DNA of 64,000 nt from Flavobacteriia bacterium (GCA_013373425.1 JABXHW010000007.1:3429-67428), one strand, 5' to 3'. Positions 1-9,878 are shown, counted from the first letter of the stretch. The notes: generated from the sequence alone by a model not told the origin. Numbers and translations: made by a program.

Positions 1-2
1 TT

Positions 3-722
3 TGGGTACAGCTAAATGCCAATCCAGGGGGGATGATTCCGCTTGTTTTGAAGGCCGAGCATCGCGCAATGCCAGGTGGAGATGTTCTTCGGAAATCTTC
101 AGCTGCGCTTTCGGTGTTCAACATCAAGGGCCCGGGGATACATCGTGATTTGAGGATAGCAGACATCTCCAATACCAATCTTCAATTCGAAGGTCGCTAT
201 GACCATAAGCAGCGTAACCGTGAGGGTGTGCACGCCTTTTTCGAAACAACAGATATCCTTCCCATGCGCCTCTCTCTCAAGTCGCTTGACCCTTCGAAAG
301 TGGGTGGAGTGACCCTAGCCATAGTGAGCGATGAAATAAGATCGCTACAAATTACTCTGGAGGAATACCCGAACGCTTGGTGGCTGGAGAATACCCAAAC
401 AGGTGAATGGGTTAATCTAGCTGCTATGCCGTACAAGTTTGAAGTAATGTCTGGAGATACGCTCCGCTTTCGCTTATGGCGGACGAACAAGTTGGATGTG
501 ACCGAAGCTGAGAACGCACTGAATTGCCATGTACCGAGATTGTCAGATCGTGAGGTTCACAATTCAAGCGACGAAACTTGGTACCTATACGACAAGGAGG
601 GAAGGGTGATATTGAAATTGCTACCTCAGGCCACTGCCTTAATCCCTGATTTATTCGGGGTTTATATCTGGCGTACTTCAGAGTGTTTTGAAAAGGTGTT
701 TATCGACTCATCCAATCCATGA
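3..722 (+). CDS. C-terminal part of a hypothetical, probably secreted protein (5' end outside window)
   Basis: Frame is open from the window edge (WVQLNANPGGMIP...), so the ATG at 33 is probably internal. The last ~50 aa (WYLYDKEGRVI...GVYIWR) resemble a degenerate T9SS type A C-terminal domain. Confidence 0.6.
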   Translation, partial: WVQLNANPGGMIPLVLKAEHRAMPGGDVLRKSSAALSVFNIKGPGIHRDLRIADISNTNLQFEGRYDHKQRNREGVHAFFETTDILPMRLSLKSLDPSKVGGVTLAIVSDEIRSLQITLEEYPNAWWLENTQTGEWVNLAAMPYKFEVMSGDTLRFRLWRTNKLDVTEAENALNCHVPRLSDREVHNSSDETWYLYDKEGRVILKLLPQATALIPDLFGVYIWRTSECFEKVFIDSSNP

Positions 723-1403
723 CGCAATACCATACGCACTTGCGGAAGCGATTACCCCGACCAAGGTGGTTTTCAATGCTCCTTTGAATGCAGGTTGGCC
801 AGTGAGTTTACTCTTGCCATATCCAAATGCAAAAAGTGCTAGAATGGTGAACACGACAGAGTATTTAAGTCCTTCGGCGGGAGTGTCGGTAAAGAAGTAG
901 GCAGCTAAGGGAACCAGTCCACCTACGATGTAGGCACCCGCAATGTTTCCAGCACTTCGCTTGGCTTGGTGCAGATGGGGTTCGTCGAGTTCAAGCTCGA
1001 AGCGCATCATGAAATCGACCCATTTGTCTTTGTCCTTGGCGAGGTCTTCTGCCACTTGGTGACTAAGCTTAGAGGAAATCCCGTATTCTTCCATGATTTC
1101 GCGGATTTCCTCTTTTTCTTTTTCAGGGAGGTGGTCAACTTCCCAGTACTCGCGTTTTCGTTCGGCGTGGTAGTGCTCGTATTCCGTGGTGCCTGCTAGA
1201 TATCCGCCGAGTCCCATAGCTATGCTACCCGCTACGATTTCTGCCAGACCAGCTGTTATGATGATGGTATTTGAATCTAGAGCACCACTGAGTCCAGCCG
1301 TGAGTGCAAAGGGCACAGTTAGGCCGTCTGCCATTCCGATAACGATGTCGCGTACGGCCTGTGACCCTTGGAAATGCTCTTCTTTGTGTTCGTGATGTGA
1401 CAT
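708..1403 (-). CDS. VIT1/CCC1 family Fe/Mn transporter
   Basis: RDIVIGMADGL, GLAEIVAGSIAMGLGGYL and MMRFEL motifs; His-rich N-terminus; 15-bp convergent overlap with the upstream ORF. Confidence 0.92.
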   Translation of the reverse strand: MSHHEHKEEHFQGSQAVRDIVIGMADGLTVPFALTAGLSGALDSNTIIITAGLAEIVAGSIAMGLGGYLAGTTEYEHYHAERKREYWEVDHLPEKEKEEIREIMEEYGISSKLSHQVAEDLAKDKDKWVDFMMRFELELDEPHLHQAKRSAGNIAGAYIVGGLVPLAAYFFTDTPAEGLKYSVVFTILALFAFGYGKSKLTGQPAFKGALKTTLVGVIASASAYGIASWIG

Positions 1404-1433
1404 GCTTCAATATCGGATTTTTGAAGCACTTCT

Positions 1434-2564
1434 TTAGTTACTCATTGGAGTGATGCCAGGCAAAGGGTCTGGCTTTGGGAAGTAGGGAACCGTCACCGAA
1501 GGCATCAAGGAGGCGTCGATCGAACATCCATTGGCATCGGTCAACGAAATGAAACTGAATGTGTCGGCCGTGCCTGGCAAGTTCAATCCGTAAGAGCTCG
1601 TTGATATCACTTGAGTTTGAGTTCCGCTGCCGGTGTACTGATATTCCAATGTCCAAGGCCCGGTGCCCGTAAGCGTCAAATCCATAGTGTAGGCTTCTTC
1701 TAAGCATACAGAATCAATGGAGTAACTGACTGAAGGCAAAGGATTGACATGTATAGCCCAAACTACTTGGTTTCCCGTTCCAGCTTCTGTGGCAACAAGA
1801 GAATAATCTCCTGAAATAGTATCGAAGGTCACTTCAACGATAGAGTCATTGGACGTGAGATTATCATCGATGGTTCCTGCTGAGCCTCCTGAGAATGCCC
1901 AAGTGTAGGTCTCTGAAGAAATGTTGTATTCCGCCGTGTACAAGACTGCTTGATCGCCTGAACATACTGTGTCTTGAAAAGTGAAAGTGGCTTCACACAC
2001 TCCAGCGGAGCTTGTGCTTTCGTCGGCTACTTCTGTTCCATCGATTGAGATGTCATCAATAAGTGCGTCGGTATTTGTTCCTGTGGCACTCCAAGAAAAT
2101 ACCACCTGACCATATCCTGTGTAGGTGATATTGATGTTCTCGTTGATTGTAGTCGTTGGGTTACCGTTTGCATTGGCGTTTCCAGAGCGATAGTCGTGAT
2201 CTAGAATGGTTTGGCGCACAGTTCCAGATGGATCGATAATTTGGACCGTGATATTGGAATAGGAGCCCGAAGCATTTCTCAACTTGTGATTGAAGGAAAT
2301 CTGATTTGCAGCGCTGAAGTCCATGTACGGCCCTGTCAGGCTCGCAGTATTTGAACCCCCGGTAAATTCAACCAGACCCAGTTCAAAATCAGTCCCCGTG
2401 TTGATGGACTGTGAGCCAGGTATTTTATCAATTACAATGTTATTGAACTGCCAACAGTTTCCTTCTGACACGCTTTGGTCATCGTGATTGAAGTTCTCCG
2501 TAACCTGCGCGAGGCTAGAAAAACTGAATAACAAAAGCAGAACAACGTAACCTAAGTTTCGCAT
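1434..2564 (-). CDS. Secreted hypothetical protein with a beta-sandwich domain and Ig/PKD-like repeats
   Basis: Signal peptide from MRNLGY (ATG 2564); IDDISIDG-ended jelly-roll-like segment, then DTVCSG..YTWAFSGG and SVCLEE Ig-like segments. Confidence 0.65.
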   Translation of the reverse strand: MRNLGYVVLLLLFSFSSLAQVTENFNHDDQSVSEGNCWQFNNIVIDKIPGSQSINTGTDFELGLVEFTGGSNTASLTGPYMDFSAANQISFNHKLRNASGSYSNITVQIIDPSGTVRQTILDHDYRSGNANANGNPTTTINENINITYTGYGQVVFSWSATGTNTDALIDDISIDGTEVADESTSSAGVCEATFTFQDTVCSGDQAVLYTAEYNISSETYTWAFSGGSAGTIDDNLTSNDSIVEVTFDTISGDYSLVATEAGTGNQVVWAIHVNPLPSVSYSIDSVCLEEAYTMDLTLTGTGPWTLEYQYTGSGTQTQVISTSSYGLNLPGTADTFSFISLTDANGCSIDASLMPSVTVPYFPKPDPLPGITPMSN

Positions 2565-2717
2565 TCGTAGGAATTTCAGTCTGCTCCGGGGGAAGAGTGG
2601 ACAAAGGTTAGACTTTAACAAATCTCTTCAATTTAATTGAAAGACACACGGAAAGTGGTGTCATAAGATTCTGACATCTATGTACCTACGAAAGAAGATG
2701 GAATGCGGTTTTCCGGC

Positions 2718-3125
2718 TTATTTGGCAACGACGAATTCGCGAACTGACTCGCTGTAGATGGTTGCGTTCAGAAGTTGATCTAGATGATCGAAACGTACAG
2801 GCTTTTCGAGCTTTTCTCTAAAGCCGCTCTCTTCCCAGTTGAAGGTGTAAGTGGTATGCGTGCCGTCGGTGAGGGCTACTGTGTGCGTGTTGAGGTTGTG
2901 AAGTGTCTCGTTCATCTCACCCATGAAACTTGCTTCTTGAACCTCAGCAAGGCGAGTATCGAACATCACCATTTTAAAGTCGTGGCGTTGGAGTTCGTAA
3001 ACCGCTGCATCAAAGTTGGATACGGTAATCACAGATATGCCGCGTTTCGACAACATCTTTTCAATGATGAATCTGGAAAGATCGTTGCTCTCAGCGACGA
3101 GGACTTTGATAGTGTGGTCTTTCAT
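2718..3125 (-). CDS. Stand-alone response regulator receiver domain (atypical)
   Basis: VLVAESN, MVMFD (phospho-Asp), ALT and EKP motifs of the CheY fold. Confidence 0.8.
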   Translation of the reverse strand: MKDHTIKVLVAESNDLSRFIIEKMLSKRGISVITVSNFDAAVYELQRHDFKMVMFDTRLAEVQEASFMGEMNETLHNLNTHTVALTDGTHTTYTFNWEESGFREKLEKPVRFDHLDQLLNATIYSESVREFVVAK

Positions 3126-3395
3126 TCTACTCGTTTACTCAATGCAGTGGCTGCGCTTTGAAAGTGTAAAGAAGGACGCAGGGAGCGCCCTTCTTGTACT
3201 TGTGAATCATCTTGACAACGTAATAATCTCTCTCTCGCTCTCTCAATTGCGTTGTCATGCTCTCTCAAACAGTGATGATTGCACGGCAGATTAACTCTGC
3301 AACCTCTCAATTTGCTGAACAAACATCGGGTGTATAACTGAAGTAGAATGGAACATTTCGACGAATGGTTCAGAATCTACGATAAATGGGTAAAA

Positions 3396-5123
3396 TCAAT
3401 AAGCAAACACCATCTTCTTGGTATCAATTACCTCTTCGTTGATAATGAGTGTGTAGAAGAATACACCCTCCACGCCAAAGCCATGTTGGTATAGAATCTC
3501 ATTGATCCCACTCTCAACTGCTTTTGGTATTTCACTCAGTACTTTCCCATTGACATCGGTGATTCGAATGATGGCTCCCTTGCCAGTATATCTTTCCGGT
3601 GCATTGAATCCAATGATGGTGGCATCGTCGAATGGATTAGGTCGATTTTGTAAAAGTGTCGGCATACTCGGGCCATCACTTTCCTCCTCTATACCCACGG
3701 ACAAAAGAGAAATCTCCTCATTCGGTAAGCTCTCAAGTTGATTGCCGTCCACTGCGGCTAGAGAAACAAACATGGCACCACCAACCCCTGGGTCAATAGT
3801 GGCTTGCGTTCCTTGGAATATTATAAGCGTGTCGTAATCCGGACTGTTGGTTCTTACGACAAGACGGTAAGTGCCGTAATTATTTGGGTCTGTAACTTGC
3901 ACTTGAATACCATTCGGTACAGGGGCAGCGGTGAAGCTCGGTTGCTCCGGTCCAAGGGCTAAGACCGCGGCTGCAGTGCCATTGATCACGGCATTGCGAG
4001 ACAAGTAGTTGAAATCAACATAGAAACTGTCAATCTGGTTATCTCCATCGGTATCGACCCCTAGAATGTCTGCGGTTGTGTGCTGTCTGTCGTGATAGTT
4101 CGGGTCGGTTACCCCGGCATCGCCATGCTCATTCGCTGAGGTGAAACGCATTGCTGGGTATCCGCGGAATCGAAATGGAATATGGTCTCCACCTCGTCCT
4201 GTTCTGTCCTCTGCACTCATGATGGACAGGTTCATTGGAACTGCTGCGTTTGGCAACACTTCATCCTCGTACTCCATCTTGATGAAACGAGCTAACATCT
4301 TACTCACACTGTTGAATCCTCCATGTGAGTAGAGACGGGTTTGGGTAGAGTCGATATGATCTGGGAACGGACAACCAGGAGGCGATGCTGTATTTCCACA
4401 AATGATACCTCCAATCACGTCATTGTTTAATACGGCCTCAATTTGAAGATTGTTTTGCTGTGCAAAGATGGCAAAGGACAGGGCGCCGTAAAGTCCTTGT
4501 TCCTCACCGGTTGTTGGCATGAACACTATCGTTTGAGGAAAGCTGTACTGACTCATTACTCTGGCGAGTTCCATAACTAAAGCTGTGCCTGATGCATTGT
4601 CTTCCATGCCTGGAGCATCACACAGTACATCACAAGCCGTTTCACACCTAGAGTCGAAGTGACCTTCAATAATGATGAACGATTTATTGGATGTGTCTGT
4701 GCCCGGAAGAATTGCCATCACGTTTTTGTGACGTGTCATGTTGCACACGTTGATGTCGAATTGGAAGAATCCGGTTTGAAGACGGTTTTCATTCCTCGCG
4801 CTGTAATCTTGAAATTTGGATTCAATCCAGTTTCTCGCAGCGCCGATTCCCGTTGTAGCCGAAAGCGTATCTGATCCGGTGTTTCGATTTTCAAACGACT
4901 CAAGTTTGAGCAGAATCTGAAACAAACTGTCAGCCTGGACACCATTCTGAATTCCTGTTAGAATGGCCGAAGGTGCCGTTATGGGGGAGTTCTGTGTATA
5001 ATCGGCTGGATTGTAGTTGCCCATCAGGAGATTCATCCCATTCGGAACTTGAACTTTGAAGTTGGTTTGACCAAAGCTGAACGCGCTGATCAAAGTGAGC
5101 AGTAGGAGTAGACGTGTTCTCAT
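3396..5123 (-). CDS. M28 family metallopeptidase with T9SS type A sorting domain
   Basis: GHFDSR, GMEDNASG, GEEQGLYG, NNDVIG and GDHIPF motifs; C-terminal LQNRPNPF...G.YFY CTD; signal peptide from MRTRLL (5123). Confidence 0.9.
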   Translation of the reverse strand: MRTRLLLLLTLISAFSFGQTNFKVQVPNGMNLLMGNYNPADYTQNSPITAPSAILTGIQNGVQADSLFQILLKLESFENRNTGSDTLSATTGIGAARNWIESKFQDYSARNENRLQTGFFQFDINVCNMTRHKNVMAILPGTDTSNKSFIIIEGHFDSRCETACDVLCDAPGMEDNASGTALVMELARVMSQYSFPQTIVFMPTTGEEQGLYGALSFAIFAQQNNLQIEAVLNNDVIGGIICGNTASPPGCPFPDHIDSTQTRLYSHGGFNSVSKMLARFIKMEYEDEVLPNAAVPMNLSIMSAEDRTGRGGDHIPFRFRGYPAMRFTSANEHGDAGVTDPNYHDRQHTTADILGVDTDGDNQIDSFYVDFNYLSRNAVINGTAAAVLALGPEQPSFTAAPVPNGIQVQVTDPNNYGTYRLVVRTNSPDYDTLIIFQGTQATIDPGVGGAMFVSLAAVDGNQLESLPNEEISLLSVGIEEESDGPSMPTLLQNRPNPFDDATIIGFNAPERYTGKGAIIRITDVNGKVLSEIPKAVESGINEILYQHGFGVEGVFFYTLIINEEVIDTKKMVFAY

Positions 5124-5241
5124 GACATCTTGGTTTAGGACAGATAACCACAAGTTACACGATTGGTTTAGATTGAAACCATTCAGGATAAATCCTAACT
5201 TAGGTACGTATATTCCTACAACCTAACCTATCGCCGAAAAA

Positions 5242-7155
5242 ATGACCCCACTCAAGAAGTCTATTTTTCTCCTTTTCTCAATTGCTCTCTTCAGCTCTGT
5301 CCGGGCCCAAACACTAGATTCCACTGCGATTTGGGACACACTCAACTACTCGCTTCGAATCGTTTATTCCACTCCAGATGATGCCATGGAGTTGGTTGAA
5401 CTTGCTCAGAGTTCAGCCCAAACTTTGCGTAATGAAAGCTTGATTGCACGTTCCTACAACTTCTTGGGAATTGTGTACGACGTCAAGGGGATGCGACTTG
5501 AAGCATTGGGAGCTTATGGGATTGCACGAGCAAAGGCAGACTCCTTGAACGATACACGACTTTATGCCAGTGCTGTAAACAATATTGGATTGATTCAATG
5601 GCAGCAGGGAGACTATCGAAATGCAGTCATCAATTTTCAAGAAAGCCTCACATTGTTTGAAGAGATCGATGCGCCCAAAGGTGTGGCCAATACGCTCAAT
5701 AATATCGGACTCATATATACGGAGCAAGATCGATTGGAAGAAGCGCTAGAGTACTTCATGCGCGCATTTAAGGCCTATCAAAACATAGACGATATGTATG
5801 GTGAAAGTGCCGCATTGATGAATATCGGTCGAGCGTACGAGCAAGGCGATGTTCTCGACAGTGCGCGGAAATATATGTACCTCACATTAAACTTGAAACG
5901 AGAACTCAACGATCCACGCGGCATATCCATGAGCTATGCAAACTTGGGGGTGATTGCCGAAAAGGCAGGGTCGCTTGATTCGGGCATTTTCTATTTCGAA
6001 AAGGCCTTGGAGTTGGATGAGCAGAATGAGTTCACTTCAATTATGGCGCAGCATATGTCGGCCTTGGGTAACATGTACTTAAAGCAAGGTCGAGAAGAGG
6101 AAGCCGAAGCTATATTATTAGATGGACTCTACTATGCTGAGGAGCTTGGGGATTTGAAAACACTGTGGGGAATACACTATCGCCTGAGCGAGCTGTATGC
6201 AGGTCAAGAACAATGGCAGAAGGCTTATTATCACTCAGGTCAATATACCGCTGAATATCAAAATTGGCGGGATGAGGAAAAGGAACAGGAAATCATCAAT
6301 TTGCAAGAGCGATTTGATGTGGCGATGAAGGACGCTGAATTGGCGGAAGAGCGCAGAGATTCCGCAATTGCCGCAGCGAAGCTCAGAGAACAAAATGCAA
6401 CGATTGTCATAATCAGCGGGGTGGCAGTACTCATTCTGATTTTGGCCCTTTTCTTAGTCAGACGACTTCGCGCGCGTCAGCGTCGCTTGGCGGAAGAGCA
6501 CGCACTGAAGGAGCAGTTGAGCGCCACTTCTCACGAGGCGGAAATGGATGAGCAACGAAAAGGGATATCTCGAGATCTACACGATTCCATTGGATCGCAA
6601 CTCACTTTCCTCTCGAGTACACTCAAGAATTTGACTTGGGCCTTGCGGAATCAAAGTAGGCCTACAGAACAAACGCTAGATCGACTAGAAGAGGTTTCGG
6701 GGTATGCTCAGAAAACCGTAAGCGATTTGCGCGATACTGTTTGGGCGATGAACCGTGATGAAATGACTGTGGGTGAAATAATGCTGCGAACGGAGAACTC
6801 CGTAAATCAATATCGAGAGGCATTCGAAGGTATTCGGGTCGACTTTGAGACGAAAGGGGATGAGTTCGAACTTCTTCCAGCGAAGAAAGCCATGGCCGTC
6901 TATCGAATCCTACAGGAATCGTTGAGCAATATTCGCAAGCATTCCGCTGCCAATCAGGTTGTTATTGTTGCTGAAAGAGCCGATGATTCATGGAAATGGA
7001 CCGTATCTGACAATGGGCGAGGGTTTGATGCGTCCAAGGTTGCTAAGGGCAGCGGGTTAGAAAATCTAAAGGAAAGGGCGGCAAATGCCGACATGATTTG
7101 TACTATTGAATCAAGCATTGGAAAGGGAACTCAAATCCACTTGACTTCTGCATGA
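5242..7155 (+). CDS. TPR-repeat sensor histidine kinase (HisKA_3/NarX-like)
   Basis: Signal peptide, multiple TPRs, one TM helix, ISRDLHDSIGSQL H-box, QESLSNIRKH N-box, DNGRGF and GSGLENL G-boxes. Confidence 0.93.
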   Translation: MTPLKKSIFLLFSIALFSSVRAQTLDSTAIWDTLNYSLRIVYSTPDDAMELVELAQSSAQTLRNESLIARSYNFLGIVYDVKGMRLEALGAYGIARAKADSLNDTRLYASAVNNIGLIQWQQGDYRNAVINFQESLTLFEEIDAPKGVANTLNNIGLIYTEQDRLEEALEYFMRAFKAYQNIDDMYGESAALMNIGRAYEQGDVLDSARKYMYLTLNLKRELNDPRGISMSYANLGVIAEKAGSLDSGIFYFEKALELDEQNEFTSIMAQHMSALGNMYLKQGREEEAEAILLDGLYYAEELGDLKTLWGIHYRLSELYAGQEQWQKAYYHSGQYTAEYQNWRDEEKEQEIINLQERFDVAMKDAELAEERRDSAIAAAKLREQNATIVIISGVAVLILILALFLVRRLRARQRRLAEEHALKEQLSATSHEAEMDEQRKGISRDLHDSIGSQLTFLSSTLKNLTWALRNQSRPTEQTLDRLEEVSGYAQKTVSDLRDTVWAMNRDEMTVGEIMLRTENSVNQYREAFEGIRVDFETKGDEFELLPAKKAMAVYRILQESLSNIRKHSAANQVVIVAERADDSWKWTVSDNGRGFDASKVAKGSGLENLKERAANADMICTIESSIGKGTQIHLTSA

Positions 7156-7802
7156 ACACAACTTCGAACATCCGCTTAGTCATTGTTGAAGACCGGGCCG
7201 ACATGCGCGCGGCACTTGAAGAGAAGATTTCATTCTTCTCCGATTTGCAATGCGTGGGTGTTGCAGAAGATGGTGTGGACGGTGTTGGGCTCGTCAAAGA
7301 GGTTAAACCCGACTTAGTGCTGATGGACATTCAAATGCCCCACATGGATGGCATTGATGCTACTCTAGCGATTAAGTCTGAGCTTCCAAATGTAAAGGTG
7401 CTCATCATGACAGTGCTCGATGACAATGAACACATTTTCCACGCCATCAAGGCGGGAGCGGATGGTTATCTTCTAAAAGATGCTGATCCAAGCATGTTCA
7501 TATCTGCGGTAAACGAAGTGTTGAGTGGCGGTGCGCCAATGAGTCCAAATGTGGCTCGTAAGGCTTTGAACTTACTTCGCTCTGGTTCCGAGCCAGAGCG
7601 CGAACAAGCCAATCCACTTTCAGAGCGTGAACTCGAAATACTCATGGAGTTAAGTCGTGGACACGTGTATACTCAAGTGGCCGAAACCCTCACAATTGCT
7701 CCTTCTACTGTTCGAAAGCACGTAGAAAACATCTACAAGAAGCTTCAGGTCCACTCGAAGATTGAGGCGATTGATCTAGCTCGAAAACGAGGTCTTTTCT
7801 AA
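7152..7802 (+). CDS. NarL/LuxR family response regulator
   Basis: Receiver (VEDR, LMDIQMP, GYLLKD) plus LuxR HTH (LSERELEIL...TVRKHVENIYKKL); 4-bp overlap with the kinase. Confidence 0.95.
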   Translation: MNTTSNIRLVIVEDRADMRAALEEKISFFSDLQCVGVAEDGVDGVGLVKEVKPDLVLMDIQMPHMDGIDATLAIKSELPNVKVLIMTVLDDNEHIFHAIKAGADGYLLKDADPSMFISAVNEVLSGGAPMSPNVARKALNLLRSGSEPEREQANPLSERELEILMELSRGHVYTQVAETLTIAPSTVRKHVENIYKKLQVHSKIEAIDLARKRGLF

Positions 7803-7815
7803 ATCCCAATTTCAG

Positions 7816-7837
7816 AAATACGGCATCTGACGTATTT
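7816..7837. promoter_or_regulatory. Palindromic operator candidate AAATACG-N8-CGTATTT
   Basis: Perfect 7-bp inverted repeat between the response regulator stop and the next gene; assignment to this regulator is inference. Confidence 0.55.
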
Positions 7838-7885
7838 ACTCGCGACCGCTCTTATTCAATATTGCAGGAACAATTCCTACCGATT

Positions 7886-9178
7886 ATGAAAAAGAGATAC
7901 GCCTTACTATTCATAGCCAGCTTGATAGCTAGTGCGCTCACCGCACAATGGACTCCTCTTGGAATCACCGACTCGATTCAAAATCAATCTATAGAATCCA
8001 TTGAGGGAGTTGTGTATCACAATGGCAAGCTCTACGCGAATACCTTCCTGAATGGAATGATGGTCTCCAATGATTTAGGCGATTCATGGGACAGCCTTCA
8101 AGCGGTTGGTATCAATCACTATGTAGTGGAGATGAAATCTTACCGCGGCAGACTGCATGCATTTTGCCATATCAACGGACTCGTGGCGGGGATGTATTAT
8201 CACTCTGACGACGACGGTCTGACTTGGACCCTCGACACAGCGGGAATGCCTGAAAGCGCAATTACGGCGGGGTATCCTGCGAATTTTATCAATGTGGAAT
8301 TTGTAGGAGATTACATGCTGGCTCAAATGGGAACGCCGCTTCAACCATACTATCGTAAACACATTGATTCCACAACTTGGCATCGAATTCCCCTCTTTGA
8401 TAATCAAGGCGCAACCACCTGGTACGTCAAGAATGACACGGTGTGGACTTACAACATCTTCAATGTTTGGTACTCCGTTGATGATGGAAAAACATGGACT
8501 CAAACCCCTCATAATATTCCAAGTTTCGCTCCACGAGCCATGGCGAAAGAGGGAAGTACAATCTATCTCATTGGAGGTGGAGGATGGGGAAACCCAGGGA
8601 AATTGATGAAGAGTACGGACAACGGTGCAACTTGGAATCAAATGACTCAAATATCCACGCTCATTGATACGAGTTGGCTCAATCAACCGGCCGATATTCT
8701 AACCATGCATGTTTCAGGAGATGAGATTTACCTCTGCTCAACCAACGATGCTACCAATTCGGTTTTCAATGTTTGGTATAGTAACGATGGCGGAAATACG
8801 TTTGCCCCAGATACAGCCGGCCTTCACGTAGATCCGCACGGAACTGCGGCTATTGAGAATTGGTTTGAAGCCGAGGGATATCTATTCGCCGTGGCAAATT
8901 TTAAAGATGTGTATCGTAAAGGTGTGAGCATTGGAATCTTCGAGAATCAACAAACGGTTCATGCCTATCCCAACCCAGCTAACGAATGGATAGAGACTCC
9001 AGAAATGGAGGTTGGAACTCCATACGTAATTGTAGGCTTGAATGGTAGAGTGCACCAGGAAGGAAAGCTTCAAGAGAGTCACCGCATCTCGACGAGTGAA
9101 CTCCAAGACGGTATTTATGTGATTAGTTTTCAGACAGGTACTAGTGTGACGTCGTTGAAAGTGGTCGTCTCCCACTAA
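7886..9178 (+). CDS. T9SS type A-secreted beta-propeller protein (BNR/Asp-box repeats)
   Basis: SnDxGxTW Asp-boxes (SNDLGDSW, SDDDGLTW, SVDDGKTW, STDNGATW, SNDGGNTF); C-terminal AYPNPAN...DGIYVI CTD; signal peptide from MKKRY. Confidence 0.85.
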   Translation: MKKRYALLFIASLIASALTAQWTPLGITDSIQNQSIESIEGVVYHNGKLYANTFLNGMMVSNDLGDSWDSLQAVGINHYVVEMKSYRGRLHAFCHINGLVAGMYYHSDDDGLTWTLDTAGMPESAITAGYPANFINVEFVGDYMLAQMGTPLQPYYRKHIDSTTWHRIPLFDNQGATTWYVKNDTVWTYNIFNVWYSVDDGKTWTQTPHNIPSFAPRAMAKEGSTIYLIGGGGWGNPGKLMKSTDNGATWNQMTQISTLIDTSWLNQPADILTMHVSGDEIYLCSTNDATNSVFNVWYSNDGGNTFAPDTAGLHVDPHGTAAIENWFEAEGYLFAVANFKDVYRKGVSIGIFENQQTVHAYPNPANEWIETPEMEVGTPYVIVGLNGRVHQEGKLQESHRISTSELQDGIYVISFQTGTSVTSLKVVVSH

Positions 9179-9289
9179 AAGAGTCGCGTTGAATCGACAG
9201 GTCTTGTCGTCTACTCATCAGGTTTAGGAATTACAGAGAGTAGTTGTGATATTCAACACTATCAACGACCATTTTTTTCAACGGAAAAG

Positions 9290-9319
9290 CCCCATTGTCC
9301 TCCAGCAATGGGGTTTTTT
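9290..9319 (+). terminator. Rho-independent terminator
   Basis: CCCCATTG-N8-CAATGGGG followed by a T6 tract. Confidence 0.8.
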
Positions 9320-9485
9320 ATTTGTCTGAAGTTGAAATTCATACGGCTCATTCGTCATTCACTCCTCGATTTGAGACGTTCATTCCCTTTTCCCTGGTTC
9401 TATCGTGTCAGACTGTTGTGTTTCCCCTATTTTTGGGTTGTTCTCTACAGTCAAACTGATATTCATCGAACTATAACATACGACT

Positions 9486-9875
9486 ATGTCATCATTTGAA
9501 AAGGTGAAATCCTTCCTCCTAGAATTGGAGTATACAATTGTCGACGAGATTGAATCGGAAGGCATTGTTATCATAGAAAACGAAAACGCTGGAATCAGTC
9601 GCCTTATCTGCGATTGCGAAGACCCAATTTTGATTATTGAGTGTCCTCTTTTCCAGATCAACAATCCATCGGTTGAGTTGCTCACAGAGCTTCTTGCAAA
9701 GAACCGCGACATCGTTCACGGAGCATTTGCACTTACAGAAACCAACCTATTGATCTATCGCGACACACTTCAATTGGAGAACCTCGACTTGAACGAGTTG
9801 GAGGGAACATTGGATTCGTTCGAGCTTTTGCTCGCCGAGTACGCAAGTCGTCTAATCGAAATTTCAAAAATTTAA
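9486..9875 (+). CDS. YbjN / CesT-like (T3SS chaperone fold) protein
   Basis: 129-aa acidic protein with LLAKNRDIVHGAF...YRDTLQLENLDLNEL pattern; first gene of the PspA operon. Confidence 0.75.
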   Translation: MSSFEKVKSFLLELEYTIVDEIESEGIVIIENENAGISRLICDCEDPILIIECPLFQINNPSVELLTELLAKNRDIVHGAFALTETNLLIYRDTLQLENLDLNELEGTLDSFELLLAEYASRLIEISKI

Positions 9876-9878
9876 AAT

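Noticed and set aside
1403-1428. TGCTTCAA-N10-TTGAAGCA inverted repeat at the VIT1 start as a metal-regulator operator
   Set aside because: Equally explained as the terminator of the upstream co-oriented gene, and no second copy was seen.
3122-3322. 66-aa ORF upstream of the receiver gene
   Set aside because: Runs through low-complexity GA repeats, has no recognisable motif, and is better explained as regulatory sequence.
9195-9227. Hammerhead ribozyme (CUGAUGA on the minus strand)
   Set aside because: No GAAA after a stem II and no compatible cleavage-site geometry.
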